Shown here: piece by piece, positions 35,307 through 46,312 of the stretch
Layout: each line of letters opens with the position of its first letter
Numbering within the stretch: position 1 is the stretch's first letter
Origin: a virus
DNA length: 64,000 bases
Virus record (IMG/VR): IMGVR_UViG_3300046170_000347
Coordinates: 5,400-69,399 of that record
Strand: one strand, 5' to 3'
Program-made: the position numbers and the translations under genes
The notes under the pieces: generated by a model
Seen by the model: only the letters and a program-made list of their open reading frames with translations
What the model was told of the DNA's origin: nothing
Database searches by the model: none

Positions 35307-38300
35307 GGACAATTAAGGGTGTCTGGATCACAACCAAAGTCTAGACCATTGCAAATAGCCCCACCGTTTATGCTAGAGTTAAATGAAGCTGGAGCACCTA
35401 TGCTGCAGTTAAGAAAATCGCCGCTACCATAAACTACTGGACAAACAGATAATATTCCTTCTTCAGCAACAGCAAGATACGAGCTAAAACCAGGAGTTCC
35501 AGGTCCTCCAGGTACGTCTACATTTTCATAATCTAAAAGTATTAAAGGCGTACAATAACAGGGTACTGTACTTGTTCCTGCGATATTCTGGTTTGTTGTG
35601 CAAAAATCTAAACTGTTACTAAATGTCCAATCACTTGGATTTGCTGGCGTAGTTGTTCCAGGTACCAAAAACGGAAAAGTAAAACTAGCAAAAGTATTAG
35701 GTCTCATTACAAAATCACACGCAGCATTGTGAGAGTTTAAAGTTGAAACTTTCCACTGACCACAAGCAAAAACAACATCTGTAACACCAGTTAAATCTAT
35801 ATTATCTACTGTTGTAATTGCTGCTTTATTTCCGTATGGTTCTGGACCTGTAACTATTACGCCATTACTATTATATGTAGGCTCTGGAATATCAGTGTAC
35901 GTAACATTTGAAACCTGACCTAACAAGTTGCCATTAGATTTGTCATATATTCTTGAGTTTGGCGTTAGAAAAACATAATTTGGATCTCCTATATTACCAT
36001 ACTGTGTATTTATTGTAAAATTACCAGCACCTCCGTTAGAATCACCTTCAGCTATACCTGAGTTTATTGGAGTTGGAGGAACGAAAATTGATCCGTCAGG
36101 CAAGGTATCAGTGTTAGTTCCAAAAGGATTAATATATACAATGTCTTTTACGCTAAAATCTTTAACTCCAAAAACAGTATCTACAGTTGCTTCAGAATCT
36201 TTTGCAAAATTAGGATCGGAATAAGCAGGTATACCTTTGGGGGTTCTCATTCTTGCTACCCAAGCTTTGTCTACATAAGCAGTATTAGCTTTTATTATTA
36301 CTTTACACGTGGGCGCGGTATAAGACGCGTCACTACCATTTGCGTCTTTTAGTCTTAATTTTAAAATAGTTACTCCATAATGGTGCGGATCTGTTTTAAC
36401 TATTCTTAAAGAACTAACGCCGCTATTAAATGTGTCATTATCTAAGTTTACATTTTCTTGATCTAAAGCATAACGGTCTACTTGGAGGATTTCTTCAATA
36501 TAATTTTCTCCAAAGGTATTATAAAGATAAGAACCATTAGCTATAGTTCCAGATGGATCTTCTTCAGGACCTGGGTATTGAGAATATAATTCCCAAACTA
36601 ACCCTTCACTAGATCTATGCGTTTGGTTTGTAGAACTACCATCGTCATAAAATCTAGAGCCGTTTTCAGATTCAAAATTAGCTACAGCTACAGAATCTAA
36701 TTGCTCTATGGTTACTAACGCTGGATTAGCTGTACCATCCGGTAAAAGTTCAAATGCACCTTCTGGAGAACATATGCTTCTTAAAACACCGCTTTCTCTA
36801 GACCCTAATATTACTGGAAGTTGATTTTCTAACACTACTGTTTCTTCAAAAATAGATATAGCGTCTGGTTCAACACCTGTAGAATCTATAACTGTGCATT
36901 TAAAAGTAAAGAAAAAAGTTCTATCGCCTGGATCTGCATTGTAAACAAACATAGAGGCTGTCTTTATATTAAATGATCCCGTAGCTGCACTTGATATCTC
37001 TAAGTCAAAATCCGAAGATCTATCAATGCCATTTAAATCTATGCATGATTCAATTTGCAAGGTAAAATCTGTACCGGCATTTAAAAGGTTTGCACCAAAA
37101 ACATTTCCTACAAAAAACGGTGATGAATTAATAAAATCACCTATAGTTATACCTTCATTAAAGTTGTTAAAATCAAAGCCGTTTAAGCCCGCAGCCCCAT
37201 TACTGTCATAAAGCACAGCGTCATTTAAGTCTGATATTAAACCACTTGAAGATGTTTCCCAAAATATATCTAACAAACTTTCAACAGGTTCTGTTTCGTA
37301 AACAGCTAAATGCTGAAGCCCGGGCGTTTCTGGCTGAAAGAAACTAAGTAAAGCACCATCAGGTATAAATGTAACAGGGGTAGTACCACCACCACCAGAT
37401 CCAACATCTACACTTACAGAAATAACCTGTACAGGTGAGCTTAAGCCTGTAACTGTTGTACCGTCTGGTAAATTTCCACCTCTTACTATCATGTCAACGG
37501 CTATAGATCCTTGTATAGTATTTTGTTGAAGCGTAATTTGATTATTAAGAGCAGCTGGTGGAGTATTGTCAGAATCAACAAAAGCTGTTGCGGTTTCAAA
37601 ACCTGTATCAGCTGTAATACCTATTTGTTTTTGCGTAGTAATTCTAGCTATTAATGGGTTTGAATTAAAGTTATAAAATTGTGGAAAATAATCTGGGCGC
37701 GTAGCTGTTAAAGGTGAAAAATCAAAAAGCTCATCTATTGTAGATATAACACTTACTGTGTCTGATTTTATATTTGGGTAATACTGCTCGTTGTTTTCAA
37801 CGCCCGTGCTAAAATCTAAGTTTTGAACTCTACCAAAAAGCTGTACTGAACTTCTAAATTGTTTTTGCTGAGGCCCTACTTCACTTAAATCTCTAGGTAT
37901 TTTATTAATATTGTCATTTATAAGTACAGTATGAGATGTTTTACCTATTTCTTTTGTTACGTCTTTAGGATAAGCAGCCATTATACCCGGTAAGTAAACA
38001 TTGTAATATTCTTGCTCTGTTTGTTTTACTACAATTTTCCAAGAATACCAACCTAGTGGATTATAATCAGCGCTAGTTGAATCTCCGTTATACAAACCAG
38101 GCCAGCCAGTTCTAGTGTTTTTATTTTTTGGGCCTATAGTATTATTGAAAGATATTTTTAAAGAGTCTCCTGGCCATGTAGAATTAGTTATTTCGCCAAA
38201 TGAATTATAAGGAGAAAATATAGTAGAACCAACAAACTCTGTTTGATTAACAGTAACAGAACTTAAACTACTAGAAAGTAAGGTACTAGACTGTCTTCCG

Positions 38301-40405
38301 TATCTGTCAGATAAAACAAATCCTACTTGGTAGTTTCTATTTTGTTTTACAGAGTGGTTTGGATATTCTATTAGACTAGTAGATTTTTGCACATCACTAC
38401 CAGGTGTCACTATAACTATGTCTGAAGCGCTGATAGTAATATTATTGGTCAGCGTTATTACACCAGTAGTTGAATCAAAAGAAACTATTAAAGTGCCTTC
38501 TGGAATAGTAGCGCCAATAGCTGTTGTAGTCAAAATGCAACCTATTACATCACCAGAAGTCCATACATCACCTTTAGTTCCAGTTACCGTAATAGTGTTA
38601 GTATTAGTCGCGCCTACAGAAACAGTTGCACTTCCTTCTAAAGTGTTAAAATCAGCTTTAGGACTAGTATTAACATTGTAGTCTAAACTAGCTGGAGGCG
38701 TATGCTTGTTTTGAAAATTACCATAAACTATTCTATTGCTAATAACTTCTTGAGCTAAAGCTCTAACTGGCGTTTTATCGTAAACTCTAGTTAGTTGATC
38801 TTCAGGTAAAACCTTAGTAGGCTTTCTTGACTGATATTCATATATATAAAAATCCGGATCACCAATTGTTATTGTAGAATCGTCTGGAAGAGTTCCTGTT
38901 ATAGCGTCGCTTAAAACTAAAATTCCACCTAGATTCGGATTAGTAGTACTTATTGGTGTAAAGCTTTCAACTGTTACGTTAAATTGTATTACACCTCCTG
39001 TAACTATTGCACCAACCTGTATTCCACCTTGAATATTGTCTATGTTAAAAGTAGTTCCTCCTGTTGTAGATCCATTTATTTGAGCAATTGCAGAAGAGTT
39101 AGTTATAGTATCTATTGATATTTCTTCTATTACTTTAACAGCTGTTTGATTCGACTCTTTATATAAAACATCTATAGAGTTTACATTTAGTTTTTCAGCT
39201 AAATTATAATTTTTAAAAGGTAAAGGAATATAAAGAAATATATTGTTTACTTTATTTTCCATAAACTCTACAACCGTACTAGTGTATGCTTGTTTTTGAT
39301 CGTCATTAACAACTGTTTGTCCCGTAGGCGTTACTTGTTTAAAATAACCATCTTGCTTAGGTATAAAAGTAGGTTGTGTAAAAGGTGCAAAAATAGAATT
39401 TTCATTATCACCAAATGTAAACCTATAACTAAATCTAATAAATTTATTTTCTAAGTAATTAGGATCGCCGTTGTAAGAAGCATCGTAATAAGGATTAGGT
39501 TCAAATATTAATTCTTTATCTATAGCAGAAGGAGATGTTGAGCCTGGACCTTCAATTGTAATGTTTTGATCTAATTGAATTTTAATAGGACTCACTGTTT
39601 CATCTATAGCAGTAACTTTAGTTCCTGTGGGTACTGTTGAAGACCCGGTTCCTTTTACAACTGAATCTATATATATTTTACCTACAGTATCAACAATTTC
39701 TATGTCGGTTCCAGCTGTATAAGTTGTAGCACTAGTAGTGTTTACTTGTGTGGTACCTCCGTTGGGATAAAATTTACTAACAACATCTAACATAGTTGTT
39801 TCGTAATTCAACGCCGCACCTGTACTGGCTAGTTGACTTTCTCTAAAAAGTTGAATACACTTATATGGATTGTAAGTTGCTACAGATATTTGATCTTCAT
39901 TGTTATAATAACTGCTGTCTTCTGTGGCAAGATTTATATTTAGTTTTCTAGGTTGATTTCTATTGTCAGTCCAAAATAATATATCTTCTAACACGTTAAT
40001 CGCATAGATAAAATTGGTTTTTGAAAAATTTAAAAAACCACCTTGAACTAGCATAGTTGCTACGCTTGTTACTGTATTATACGAGTATATAAAGTTATTA
40101 GAGTCTTTGTTATAAGTAAAATTGCTAGGAGAAGGATCTGTATAGTCTGTTAAGAATAAATAAATATTATTATTAATGTCATCTGCAAAAGCACCTATGC
40201 AAGTTAAGTCACTAATACCTGTTAAAACTTTAAAATCAGCGGCCAACGAATTACCTAAAACATTTTCTAAAGAACCTACGCCGTCTCCTTCTGATCTGCT
40301 TATTTGAACGTTTCTAGCATCTCGATATTCTCCACTAGGAATTATTCTTGCGTCTATGTCTTTGTTCATTTTAGAACGCAAAAAAGTATTTTTAGCTTTA
40401 GCCAT
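35303..40405 (-). CDS. Tail stabilization/nozzle protein with inserted beta domains (1700 aa)
   Basis: KMNKDID...GEYRDARN, FWTDNRNQPRKLN, RFSYRF, NRIVYGNF, DRYGRQS. Confidence 0.8.
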   Translation of the reverse strand: MAKAKNTFLRSKMNKDIDARIIPSGEYRDARNVQISRSEGDGVGSLENVLGNSLAADFKVLTGISDLTCIGAFADDINNNIYLFLTDYTDPSPSNFTYNKDSNNFIYSYNTVTSVATMLVQGGFLNFSKTNFIYAINVLEDILFWTDNRNQPRKLNINLATEDSSYYNNEDQISVATYNPYKCIQLFRESQLASTGAALNYETTMLDVVSKFYPNGGTTQVNTTSATTYTAGTDIEIVDTVGKIYIDSVVKGTGSSTVPTGTKVTAIDETVSPIKIQLDQNITIEGPGSTSPSAIDKELIFEPNPYYDASYNGDPNYLENKFIRFSYRFTFGDNENSIFAPFTQPTFIPKQDGYFKQVTPTGQTVVNDDQKQAYTSTVVEFMENKVNNIFLYIPLPFKNYNLAEKLNVNSIDVLYKESNQTAVKVIEEISIDTITNSSAIAQINGSTTGGTTFNIDNIQGGIQVGAIVTGGVIQFNVTVESFTPISTTNPNLGGILVLSDAITGTLPDDSTITIGDPDFYIYEYQSRKPTKVLPEDQLTRVYDKTPVRALAQEVISNRIVYGNFQNKHTPPASLDYNVNTSPKADFNTLEGSATVSVGATNTNTITVTGTKGDVWTSGDVIGCILTTTAIGATIPEGTLIVSFDSTTGVITLTNNITISASDIVIVTPGSDVQKSTSLIEYPNHSVKQNRNYQVGFVLSDRYGRQSSTLLSSSLSSVTVNQTEFVGSTIFSPYNSFGEITNSTWPGDSLKISFNNTIGPKNKNTRTGWPGLYNGDSTSADYNPLGWYSWKIVVKQTEQEYYNVYLPGIMAAYPKDVTKEIGKTSHTVLINDNINKIPRDLSEVGPQQKQFRSSVQLFGRVQNLDFSTGVENNEQYYPNIKSDTVSVISTIDELFDFSPLTATRPDYFPQFYNFNSNPLIARITTQKQIGITADTGFETATAFVDSDNTPPAALNNQITLQQNTIQGSIAVDMIVRGGNLPDGTTVTGLSSPVQVISVSVDVGSGGGGTTPVTFIPDGALLSFFQPETPGLQHLAVYETEPVESLLDIFWETSSSGLISDLNDAVLYDSNGAAGLNGFDFNNFNEGITIGDFINSSPFFVGNVFGANLLNAGTDFTLQIESCIDLNGIDRSSDFDLEISSAATGSFNIKTASMFVYNADPGDRTFFFTFKCTVIDSTGVEPDAISIFEETVVLENQLPVILGSRESGVLRSICSPEGAFELLPDGTANPALVTIEQLDSVAVANFESENGSRFYDDGSSTNQTHRSSEGLVWELYSQYPGPEEDPSGTIANGSYLYNTFGENYIEEILQVDRYALDQENVNLDNDTFNSGVSSLRIVKTDPHHYGVTILKLRLKDANGSDASYTAPTCKVIIKANTAYVDKAWVARMRTPKGIPAYSDPNFAKDSEATVDTVFGVKDFSVKDIVYINPFGTNTDTLPDGSIFVPPTPINSGIAEGDSNGGAGNFTINTQYGNIGDPNYVFLTPNSRIYDKSNGNLLGQVSNVTYTDIPEPTYNSNGVIVTGPEPYGNKAAITTVDNIDLTGVTDVVFACGQWKVSTLNSHNAACDFVMRPNTFASFTFPFLVPGTTTPANPSDWTFSNSLDFCTTNQNIAGTSTVPCYCTPLILLDYENVDVPGGPGTPGFSSYLAVAEEGILSVCPVVYGSGDFLNCSIGAPASFNSSINGGAICNGLDFGCDPDTLNCP

Positions 40406-40411
40406 TAAATT

Positions 40412-41623
40412 TTAGTGTTTTATCCATTTAGATTTACCTCTCATAACCTGTACTATTTCATCAAGTTTAATGTTAGATAATCTTATTTTAGCATTTCTTA
40501 ATTTAGCTGATCTATCTCTTTTTAATCTTTGAACTATAAACTCTTGTTGACCAGATCTTGTAGATACAATATTGTATAGTATAGAAGCATATAAAGCATC
40601 TTCTGCTAGCTTAGGTATTTTGCTATCTTTATCATGTGCTAAGCCATCAGATATATATTCTAATACAATTAACTTATTTACTAGATTACTTGAAAAAGCT
40701 ATTTTGCCTTCTCTGTAATTCATATTAAACCAACCATTTCTTTGCGCGTACTGTGGGTCTATACCATATTGCTGGCCGTAAAAAAAACTATTATCAAAAC
40801 CATAGTAATTAGCCCAGTAAGCGTAATCATCTAAGTTGTTAAAAAATGTTTGATTTAAAAAAGTGTCATTTGCTTTTTTCCATCTTTCCTCTGTTATTGA
40901 AGTGCCTTCTATATTTGAACCGAAATTGTCTTGCACTGGCTTACCTGAGGCATCTTGCACTAGGTTTTCGTAAGGACTTGTTGTTAAGTTGTTTGCTGGA
41001 TATATAGGTATTTTAACACCTAATTCATCTATATAACAAACGCTTACATAGTTTACATAGTCTTGAGGAAGAGCTAAACTTAAGTTAGCTGGTATTGTAA
41101 GTTCTTGAGAATGTATACTTTTAAGAGTATCATAACTAAATTCTTGCAAAGATCTTTTAGCAAAAAATAAAACATCAGACTTAGACGCAGTTTGTAAAAT
41201 TTTACCGTCACCAACATAACCAACCATAAAGTTGTCTATAGCATCATTTAATGTTACATATTCATATCCGCCGTAATTTTCTTCAACAGTATTTCCAAAA
41301 GCATTTTGACCTCCATAGTTACCACCATCTAGCGTTTTTAATTGAACAACAACATAGGTGTTATTGACTAGCCCTGCTATTGTAATACCATTACTACTTA
41401 CGGTATATGTTGTAGTGTATTCCGTAAAAGTACCAGGTAATCCGCTAGTACTAGTATATAACTTAAAATTGTTTAAAGCGTAATTAGTTATTGTAGGATC
41501 AAAAGATCCAAAAACTAAATTAGTGTCAAATGTGGTTGTAAATGTTTCAGAAGCCGAGCCATCAGATATAAAAACCTGTGCGCCTTGGTAGTATTGTTGA
41601 TTTGTTTCTGTTACTAAACTCAT
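40412..41623 (-). CDS. Tail ring/tubular protein
   Basis: LPQDYVNYV, LEYISDGL; position after head genes. Confidence 0.7.
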   Translation of the reverse strand: MSLVTETNQQYYQGAQVFISDGSASETFTTTFDTNLVFGSFDPTITNYALNNFKLYTSTSGLPGTFTEYTTTYTVSSNGITIAGLVNNTYVVVQLKTLDGGNYGGQNAFGNTVEENYGGYEYVTLNDAIDNFMVGYVGDGKILQTASKSDVLFFAKRSLQEFSYDTLKSIHSQELTIPANLSLALPQDYVNYVSVCYIDELGVKIPIYPANNLTTSPYENLVQDASGKPVQDNFGSNIEGTSITEERWKKANDTFLNQTFFNNLDDYAYWANYYGFDNSFFYGQQYGIDPQYAQRNGWFNMNYREGKIAFSSNLVNKLIVLEYISDGLAHDKDSKIPKLAEDALYASILYNIVSTRSGQQEFIVQRLKRDRSAKLRNAKIRLSNIKLDEIVQVMRGKSKWIKH

Positions 41624-41627
41624 TTAT

Positions 41628-42626
41628 TTAAGATTTTTCGTTAACTTCTGTTGCTTGAGCTTCTTGAGCGGCAGCTTGTATTATTAATGGATCGTTAATA
41701 ATTATACCACAATATTTTAAAATATTTACAATTATATTTGTTTGTTCAGATATATCTAATTCAAAATCTACAGAAGTAGAACCTGTAACACCAACTGGTT
41801 GAAAAATGTATTGATTTAAGCTTCCGCTTGTAAAACCCCAATTTGGAGTACCAGGGTTAGTTAGACAATCGACAAAAACTGTATCTCCACTAGTGCTTGG
41901 CAAAGGAGATATTTTTAAAACTAATTGAGTAATTGGTGTAATAGTGATACTCGCGCTTGTAGTTCCCCCTGCTATGGTTAGTACATCTCCAGCAGAATAA
42001 CCAGAACCGTAATCAGTAACTAAAACAGATGAAACAATGCCACCCGTACCAGTTGTTACTGTAACTGTAAAACCACTACCTGTACCACCGGTAGTACCAT
42101 GACTAGATCCGTTAACATAACCCAAACCAGGAGTATTTATGTTAACAGAGGCGTTAAATATATTATTGTTTTCAGTGTAAAATAAAGGATAAGACTTTGT
42201 AGGTGCAGTTAATTTAGATCTAGTTATTTTATTAAAATCTTTTTTACTAACTAGTTGAGTTATAGAAGAATAACTAGGTTGTCCGCCGTAGTTAGTTATA
42301 ACTTGACCTATTTTATATATTGTAGGATTAGTAGATGCGCTGTAATTGCAAGAACCAGATGAGCTATAAGTAAACTCAAGTGTTTTTTCAAAGGGATATA
42401 ATTTATAATTTATATCTTTGAACATGTTAAAGAACTCAGTATCGTTTTGAGTATTGTTTTGATTAAACCTATTTACCTGATTACCATCTGGAAAGTATGA
42501 TTCAAAAATTTCTTGCTGAACTTGAGCAGCTAAACTATTAAACTCAGCAGGTGTTATATAACCTCTTTGTTCTTTGTTTAATATATACAAGACTGTTTGA
42601 TATACTGTGTTTACGCTTACTGCCAT
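41628..42626 (-). CDS. Tail ring/head-tail adaptor with Gly/Thr-rich insertion
   Basis: NKEQRGYITPAEFNSLA N-terminus; FELDISEQ C-terminus. Confidence 0.7.
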   Translation of the reverse strand: MAVSVNTVYQTVLYILNKEQRGYITPAEFNSLAAQVQQEIFESYFPDGNQVNRFNQNNTQNDTEFFNMFKDINYKLYPFEKTLEFTYSSSGSCNYSASTNPTIYKIGQVITNYGGQPSYSSITQLVSKKDFNKITRSKLTAPTKSYPLFYTENNNIFNASVNINTPGLGYVNGSSHGTTGGTGSGFTVTVTTGTGGIVSSVLVTDYGSGYSAGDVLTIAGGTTSASITITPITQLVLKISPLPSTSGDTVFVDCLTNPGTPNWGFTSGSLNQYIFQPVGVTGSTSVDFELDISEQTNIIVNILKYCGIIINDPLIIQAAAQEAQATEVNEKS

Positions 42627-42649
42627 AAGTTTTTTTTATAGTGATAATA

Positions 42650-42669
42650 AAGGCGGCCTAAACCGCCTT
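42650..42669 (-). terminator. GC hairpin in intergenic leader
   Basis: AAGGCGG-CCTAAA-CCGCCTT. Confidence 0.5.
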
Positions 42670-42670
42670 A

Positions 42671-42702
42671 TATTAATATCACTTGTTTTTATAGTTTTTT
42701 AT
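42671..42702 (-). promoter_or_regulatory. Class II promoter candidate
   Basis: ATAAAA-N14-GTGATATTA on minus strand. Confidence 0.5.
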
Positions 42703-43508
42703 CTATAGATTTGTATATTTCAACTCCTTCATCTGTCTTTAAAAAAGCAGCAAATGCTGAATAAGGATTTTCATCAAAAGGTACATTCATTAGTTTTCTA
42801 TCGTTAGATCCCCATGTAAAGGTTCTTTGATCTCCTGATAGTCTAATTATACCAGCTTCAGCAGCTCTAATAGCAAAGTTTCTTAACTGTACATTATCAT
42901 CGTTAGCAAGGCTTATAAAAGTTCTAGGATTGTTTCTAGCAAACAAAAGTAAATCTCTTTTAAGTTCTTTTGAACTCATTTTACTAACTTTAGAACCTAA
43001 CTCAACTCTCATTATAGCTTCTGCAAAATCTATATCCATGTTTCTAGCTGCATTGAGCGCGTCTATTTGAAGATCTAAAATATCTAATTCATCTTCTGCT
43101 TTAGCAACAGCACTAAACTCTTGATAAATTCTACCTTTTAAAGGGGTGATACAATGAAAGAAGTTTTTGTAAGTTTTGTTTTTCTTTAGAAACATTTAGT
43201 GTTCCATCAAAAAACCTTATATGACCTAATGTTACTTCTCCTTTTTGTTCATCTACTAGAGGTGAATCTTGATTAGTAGCATACCTTATTTCTCTTTGCT
43301 TTCCAGCTTCTTTGTCAAAGTACAAAAGAGCATGCTTTTTAGTATGTCTACCTGGTATTGTTAAAGTCAAAGGACTTCTGTTTCCAGTTAAGTAATATAC
43401 TCTATCTTTTATTTCCCACGCGTCTTTTGCGGGTTTAGGTGGTGTTTTTGTAACCACGGGCTGAGGTGCAACCTCAACAGTTGTTTCTGCTGTAGCTTTT
43501 TTAGCCAT
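42689..43508 (-). CDS. Conserved protein downstream of capsid gene (single gene, frameshift ~43143)
   Basis: ORFs 43131..43508 and 42689..43195 join on removing one base in a G/C run. Confidence 0.75.
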
Positions 43509-43533
43509 AATATAATAAAATTAAATAGTTAAT

Positions 43534-43574
43534 AAAAAATCCTAGGGCCACTCTCACGTTGTGACCCTAAGATT
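43534..43574 (-). terminator. Intrinsic terminator after major capsid gene
   Basis: Minus strand AATCTTAGGGTCAC/GTGGCCCTAGGATT followed by T run. Confidence 0.75.
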
Positions 43575-43589
43575 TAATTTAAGAAGTAA

Positions 43590-45062
43590 TTATACTCCTT
43601 GGAATAATACAAAGTTGTTAGCAGCTTGTACAACTAAACATCTTTCAGATAGGAAGTTTACCTCCATAGCATCAAGAGTAGATGTAAATGCACCACCAGC
43701 AGAACCAGTTAACCAAGACTTCATACGACGATCATCAGCTTGTGAAGCTCTGTATCGCACGTGTAAGAAAGGTCTACGTATATTAGTCCCTAGTACTTGA
43801 TCGTAAACAGTTGAAGTTCCAGCTGGAATTAAAACACCCTCTACAGAGCTAATTCCATCAAAACCACCACGCGTAGAAGCGTCGTTCAAATATTTCCAAT
43901 CAGTTTTATAGAAATCATAAGATCCTCTTCGGAAACCACTAAATCCAAGATTTAATGCCATTTCCTCAGAATTTTCAAATAAACCAAATGCAGTACCACC
44001 GGCAGTTCCACCAGAGATTGCAGCTAGCATATCATCAAAATCAAGAGCTGTTTGTCTTTGTAAGAAAAGCATGTTTTCTTCAATAGCTCCTTGAGTATCT
44101 AAGTTTTTCAAAATTGCATCAAATTCATCTAAGCCGTTAGCAGCAGTAAATCCTACTTCTACATTACCTCTAGATTTCATTGCAGCAAACAAACCTTCAG
44201 TTCCAGGTAGCTTAGCTTTTGTAGCAGCTACTTGGTTGTACTCACCTTCTACCAATGCCATTTCTAAGTAATCTTCAAAACGTAAACGAGTTTCAGATTC
44301 AGCTTTTAAATACCATAAGTATCCAGATGTTCCGTCTTCAGTTGCAACTTCAACCCAACCAATTTGAGCCATATCAGATCCAGAAATTGAATACTGGCTT
44401 CTAATGATAATAGGTGAGTTAGAATATTGAGTAAACTGAGGCGTTACAGACACATAACCATTAGCGTTAGCTCCATTAGCTGCTGTGTTAGCGTTTAATG
44501 ATTGACCTTTTTCGTAAGCAGAACCATATACAAAAACTTTAAAGTTTCCGTCAGATCCAGCTCCTGATGTCATACCAATAGCAGCGTTATCAAGTGCAAC
44601 ACCTTGGAAAGGTTGTACTGTAATTTCACCACCACCTGCAGCGGTGCTACCTAATTTACTTACTGTTACGATACACTTTGCTTCTATACCCGTGTTTTTT
44701 TCCATAATAACAATAGTGTCATTTACAGAAACTACGTTTTCTAGCTCAGCGTTTGCATCTATAGTAATAACATTTGTTGTACCTACTGCAGCTGCTAAAT
44801 CGCAATTGTCATAAGATACATGTAGTCTATTTTGCTCAGACCAAATTACTTGATCAGATGTTAAAGGCATTTCTGCCCCGACCATACGCAAGAAGCCAGA
44901 TAACGTTCTGTTTCCATAACGCTCTACTTCTTGTTCGTAGATCTCAGGAAGATACTGTTGAGCGAAGTCATTAGTACCGTCGTTGAATTGTAGGTAGTTT
45001 GAATCTAGCAATTGTTGTTTTTGCGATGGAATCAAAGTACCAAATTGAGGAGTTAAACTCAT
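43590..45062 (-). CDS. Major capsid protein
   Basis: Order terminase-portal-scaffold-this gene; 490 aa; followed by terminator. Confidence 0.88.
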   Translation of the reverse strand: MSLTPQFGTLIPSQKQQLLDSNYLQFNDGTNDFAQQYLPEIYEQEVERYGNRTLSGFLRMVGAEMPLTSDQVIWSEQNRLHVSYDNCDLAAAVGTTNVITIDANAELENVVSVNDTIVIMEKNTGIEAKCIVTVSKLGSTAAGGGEITVQPFQGVALDNAAIGMTSGAGSDGNFKVFVYGSAYEKGQSLNANTAANGANANGYVSVTPQFTQYSNSPIIIRSQYSISGSDMAQIGWVEVATEDGTSGYLWYLKAESETRLRFEDYLEMALVEGEYNQVAATKAKLPGTEGLFAAMKSRGNVEVGFTAANGLDEFDAILKNLDTQGAIEENMLFLQRQTALDFDDMLAAISGGTAGGTAFGLFENSEEMALNLGFSGFRRGSYDFYKTDWKYLNDASTRGGFDGISSVEGVLIPAGTSTVYDQVLGTNIRRPFLHVRYRASQADDRRMKSWLTGSAGGAFTSTLDAMEVNFLSERCLVVQAANNFVLFQGV

Positions 45063-45078
45063 AATTAATAGTTTTTAA

Positions 45079-46281
45079 TTAGTTAAATTTTTTAGTTTTT
45101 ATTTTAAGTCTTGTAGAATCAGCGCCTGAAATTGCTTTAACTTTAATGCCGTTTAAAAATACTTCACCTTGAGTAGTCCTAGCTTTAGTGTCACTAAGGT
45201 TTTTTGATTTATTTACAACGTCTTTTACAGCGTCTGCTTTTCCTTGCTCATAAAAATGAGCGGCAATTTTATCTACATTTTCAGCAGCATACATGGCCTT
45301 GTGATAACCATTAACGTCTTTAACATTACCAGATTCATCTAGGAACTTCCCAACGAGGTTTGTTATATTAGACTGGTTTTCTGCAACTTTATCTTTGTTT
45401 TGAATATTATACTTGTACTTCTTTTCACCAACGTTGATATCAAAACCTTTGAAATCATTGCTAAAAAGCTTTCTTGTATTGTCTTTAAACAAATCATGTT
45501 GTTGCTTAGCTTGTTCTTGCTCCTTGTTATATCTATTGAAAAAGTCCATAGCTTTTTGTTGTTCCTGAGTAACGCCCGGTCTCAACTTGATCTCGTCGTA
45601 ATATTTACTCTTAGTTTCCTCTAAAAAGTTTTTGGCTTTTGCAACTTCTTCTTTAAACGCAAGCTTCTTTTTGCGTATATCTCTTTCCTCATCTACATCT
45701 TCATCATATACAAAATCTTCTAACAGAAGATCTAAATCTGAATTATCTAAATAAGGTTTATTTTTTTTATAATACTCTTTTATTAAAGTGACATCGTCTA
45801 CAGTAGAGTAGTCAGCGTTTAATCTAGTGTAGTCTTCTATTGTTCCACCTGTTTCTTCCATAAAAGAAACTAGCTTTTCAATATTTTCAGGTAATGGTTT
45901 ACCTAATATTTTTTCATCTCTTATAGCTTCTTTAACTTCGGCTTCTACTTGTTTAACTTCAGCTTCAGTTACTTCTTGGATCGGAGAAAACCCTTCAGTA
46001 GTCTCGTTGGACTCTGGTAAAGATTCTTCCACCTTGTCGCTATTTCCGGATGATGTATCTCCAGGTACTTTTTCTGTTTCTCCGATTTGAATGGCATCTT
46101 CCTCTTGTTTTGGTATTTCAACTTTTACTACATCTGGTTGTATTTCACCTGTAGCTTCTGGTTTTGTTAAATCTACTTTAACAGGTTCGTTTTTATTGTT
46201 ACCTAGATTTTTAGGTTTAGTTTTTTTAATTTTAAATTCACCTTCTTGTTTAACAGGTGCATCTGTTTTTATTTCTGACAT
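45079..46281 (-). CDS. Capsid scaffolding protein
   Basis: Acidic, helical, between portal and capsid. Confidence 0.75.
   Translation of the reverse strand: MSEIKTDAPVKQEGEFKIKKTKPKNLGNNKNEPVKVDLTKPEATGEIQPDVVKVEIPKQEEDAIQIGETEKVPGDTSSGNSDKVEESLPESNETTEGFSPIQEVTEAEVKQVEAEVKEAIRDEKILGKPLPENIEKLVSFMEETGGTIEDYTRLNADYSTVDDVTLIKEYYKKNKPYLDNSDLDLLLEDFVYDEDVDEERDIRKKKLAFKEEVAKAKNFLEETKSKYYDEIKLRPGVTQEQQKAMDFFNRYNKEQEQAKQQHDLFKDNTRKLFSNDFKGFDINVGEKKYKYNIQNKDKVAENQSNITNLVGKFLDESGNVKDVNGYHKAMYAAENVDKIAAHFYEQGKADAVKDVVNKSKNLSDTKARTTQGEVFLNGIKVKAISGADSTRLKIKTKKFN
45969..46097 (-). CDS. Overprinted 42-aa ORF in +1 frame of scaffold gene (MPFKSEKQKKYLEIHHPEIATRW...)
   Basis: Hand translation; resembles a small phage peptide type MPFKSEKQ...PEIA..W recalled from marine phages. 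Confidence 0.6.
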   Translation of the reverse strand: MPFKSEKQKKYLEIHHPEIATRWKNLYQSPTRLLKGFLRSKK

Positions 46282-46312
46282 AATATAATATAATTAAATA
46301 ATTAAATAACGT

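Noticed and set aside
12920-43150. Frameshifts in primase-helicase, TS-fold gene, nrdA, endolysin, holin-like gene and 42689..43508 as programmed frameshifts or pseudogenes
   Set aside because: Nearly all are one extra G or C next to the same base, without slippery heptamers, in essential genes; typical long-read errors.
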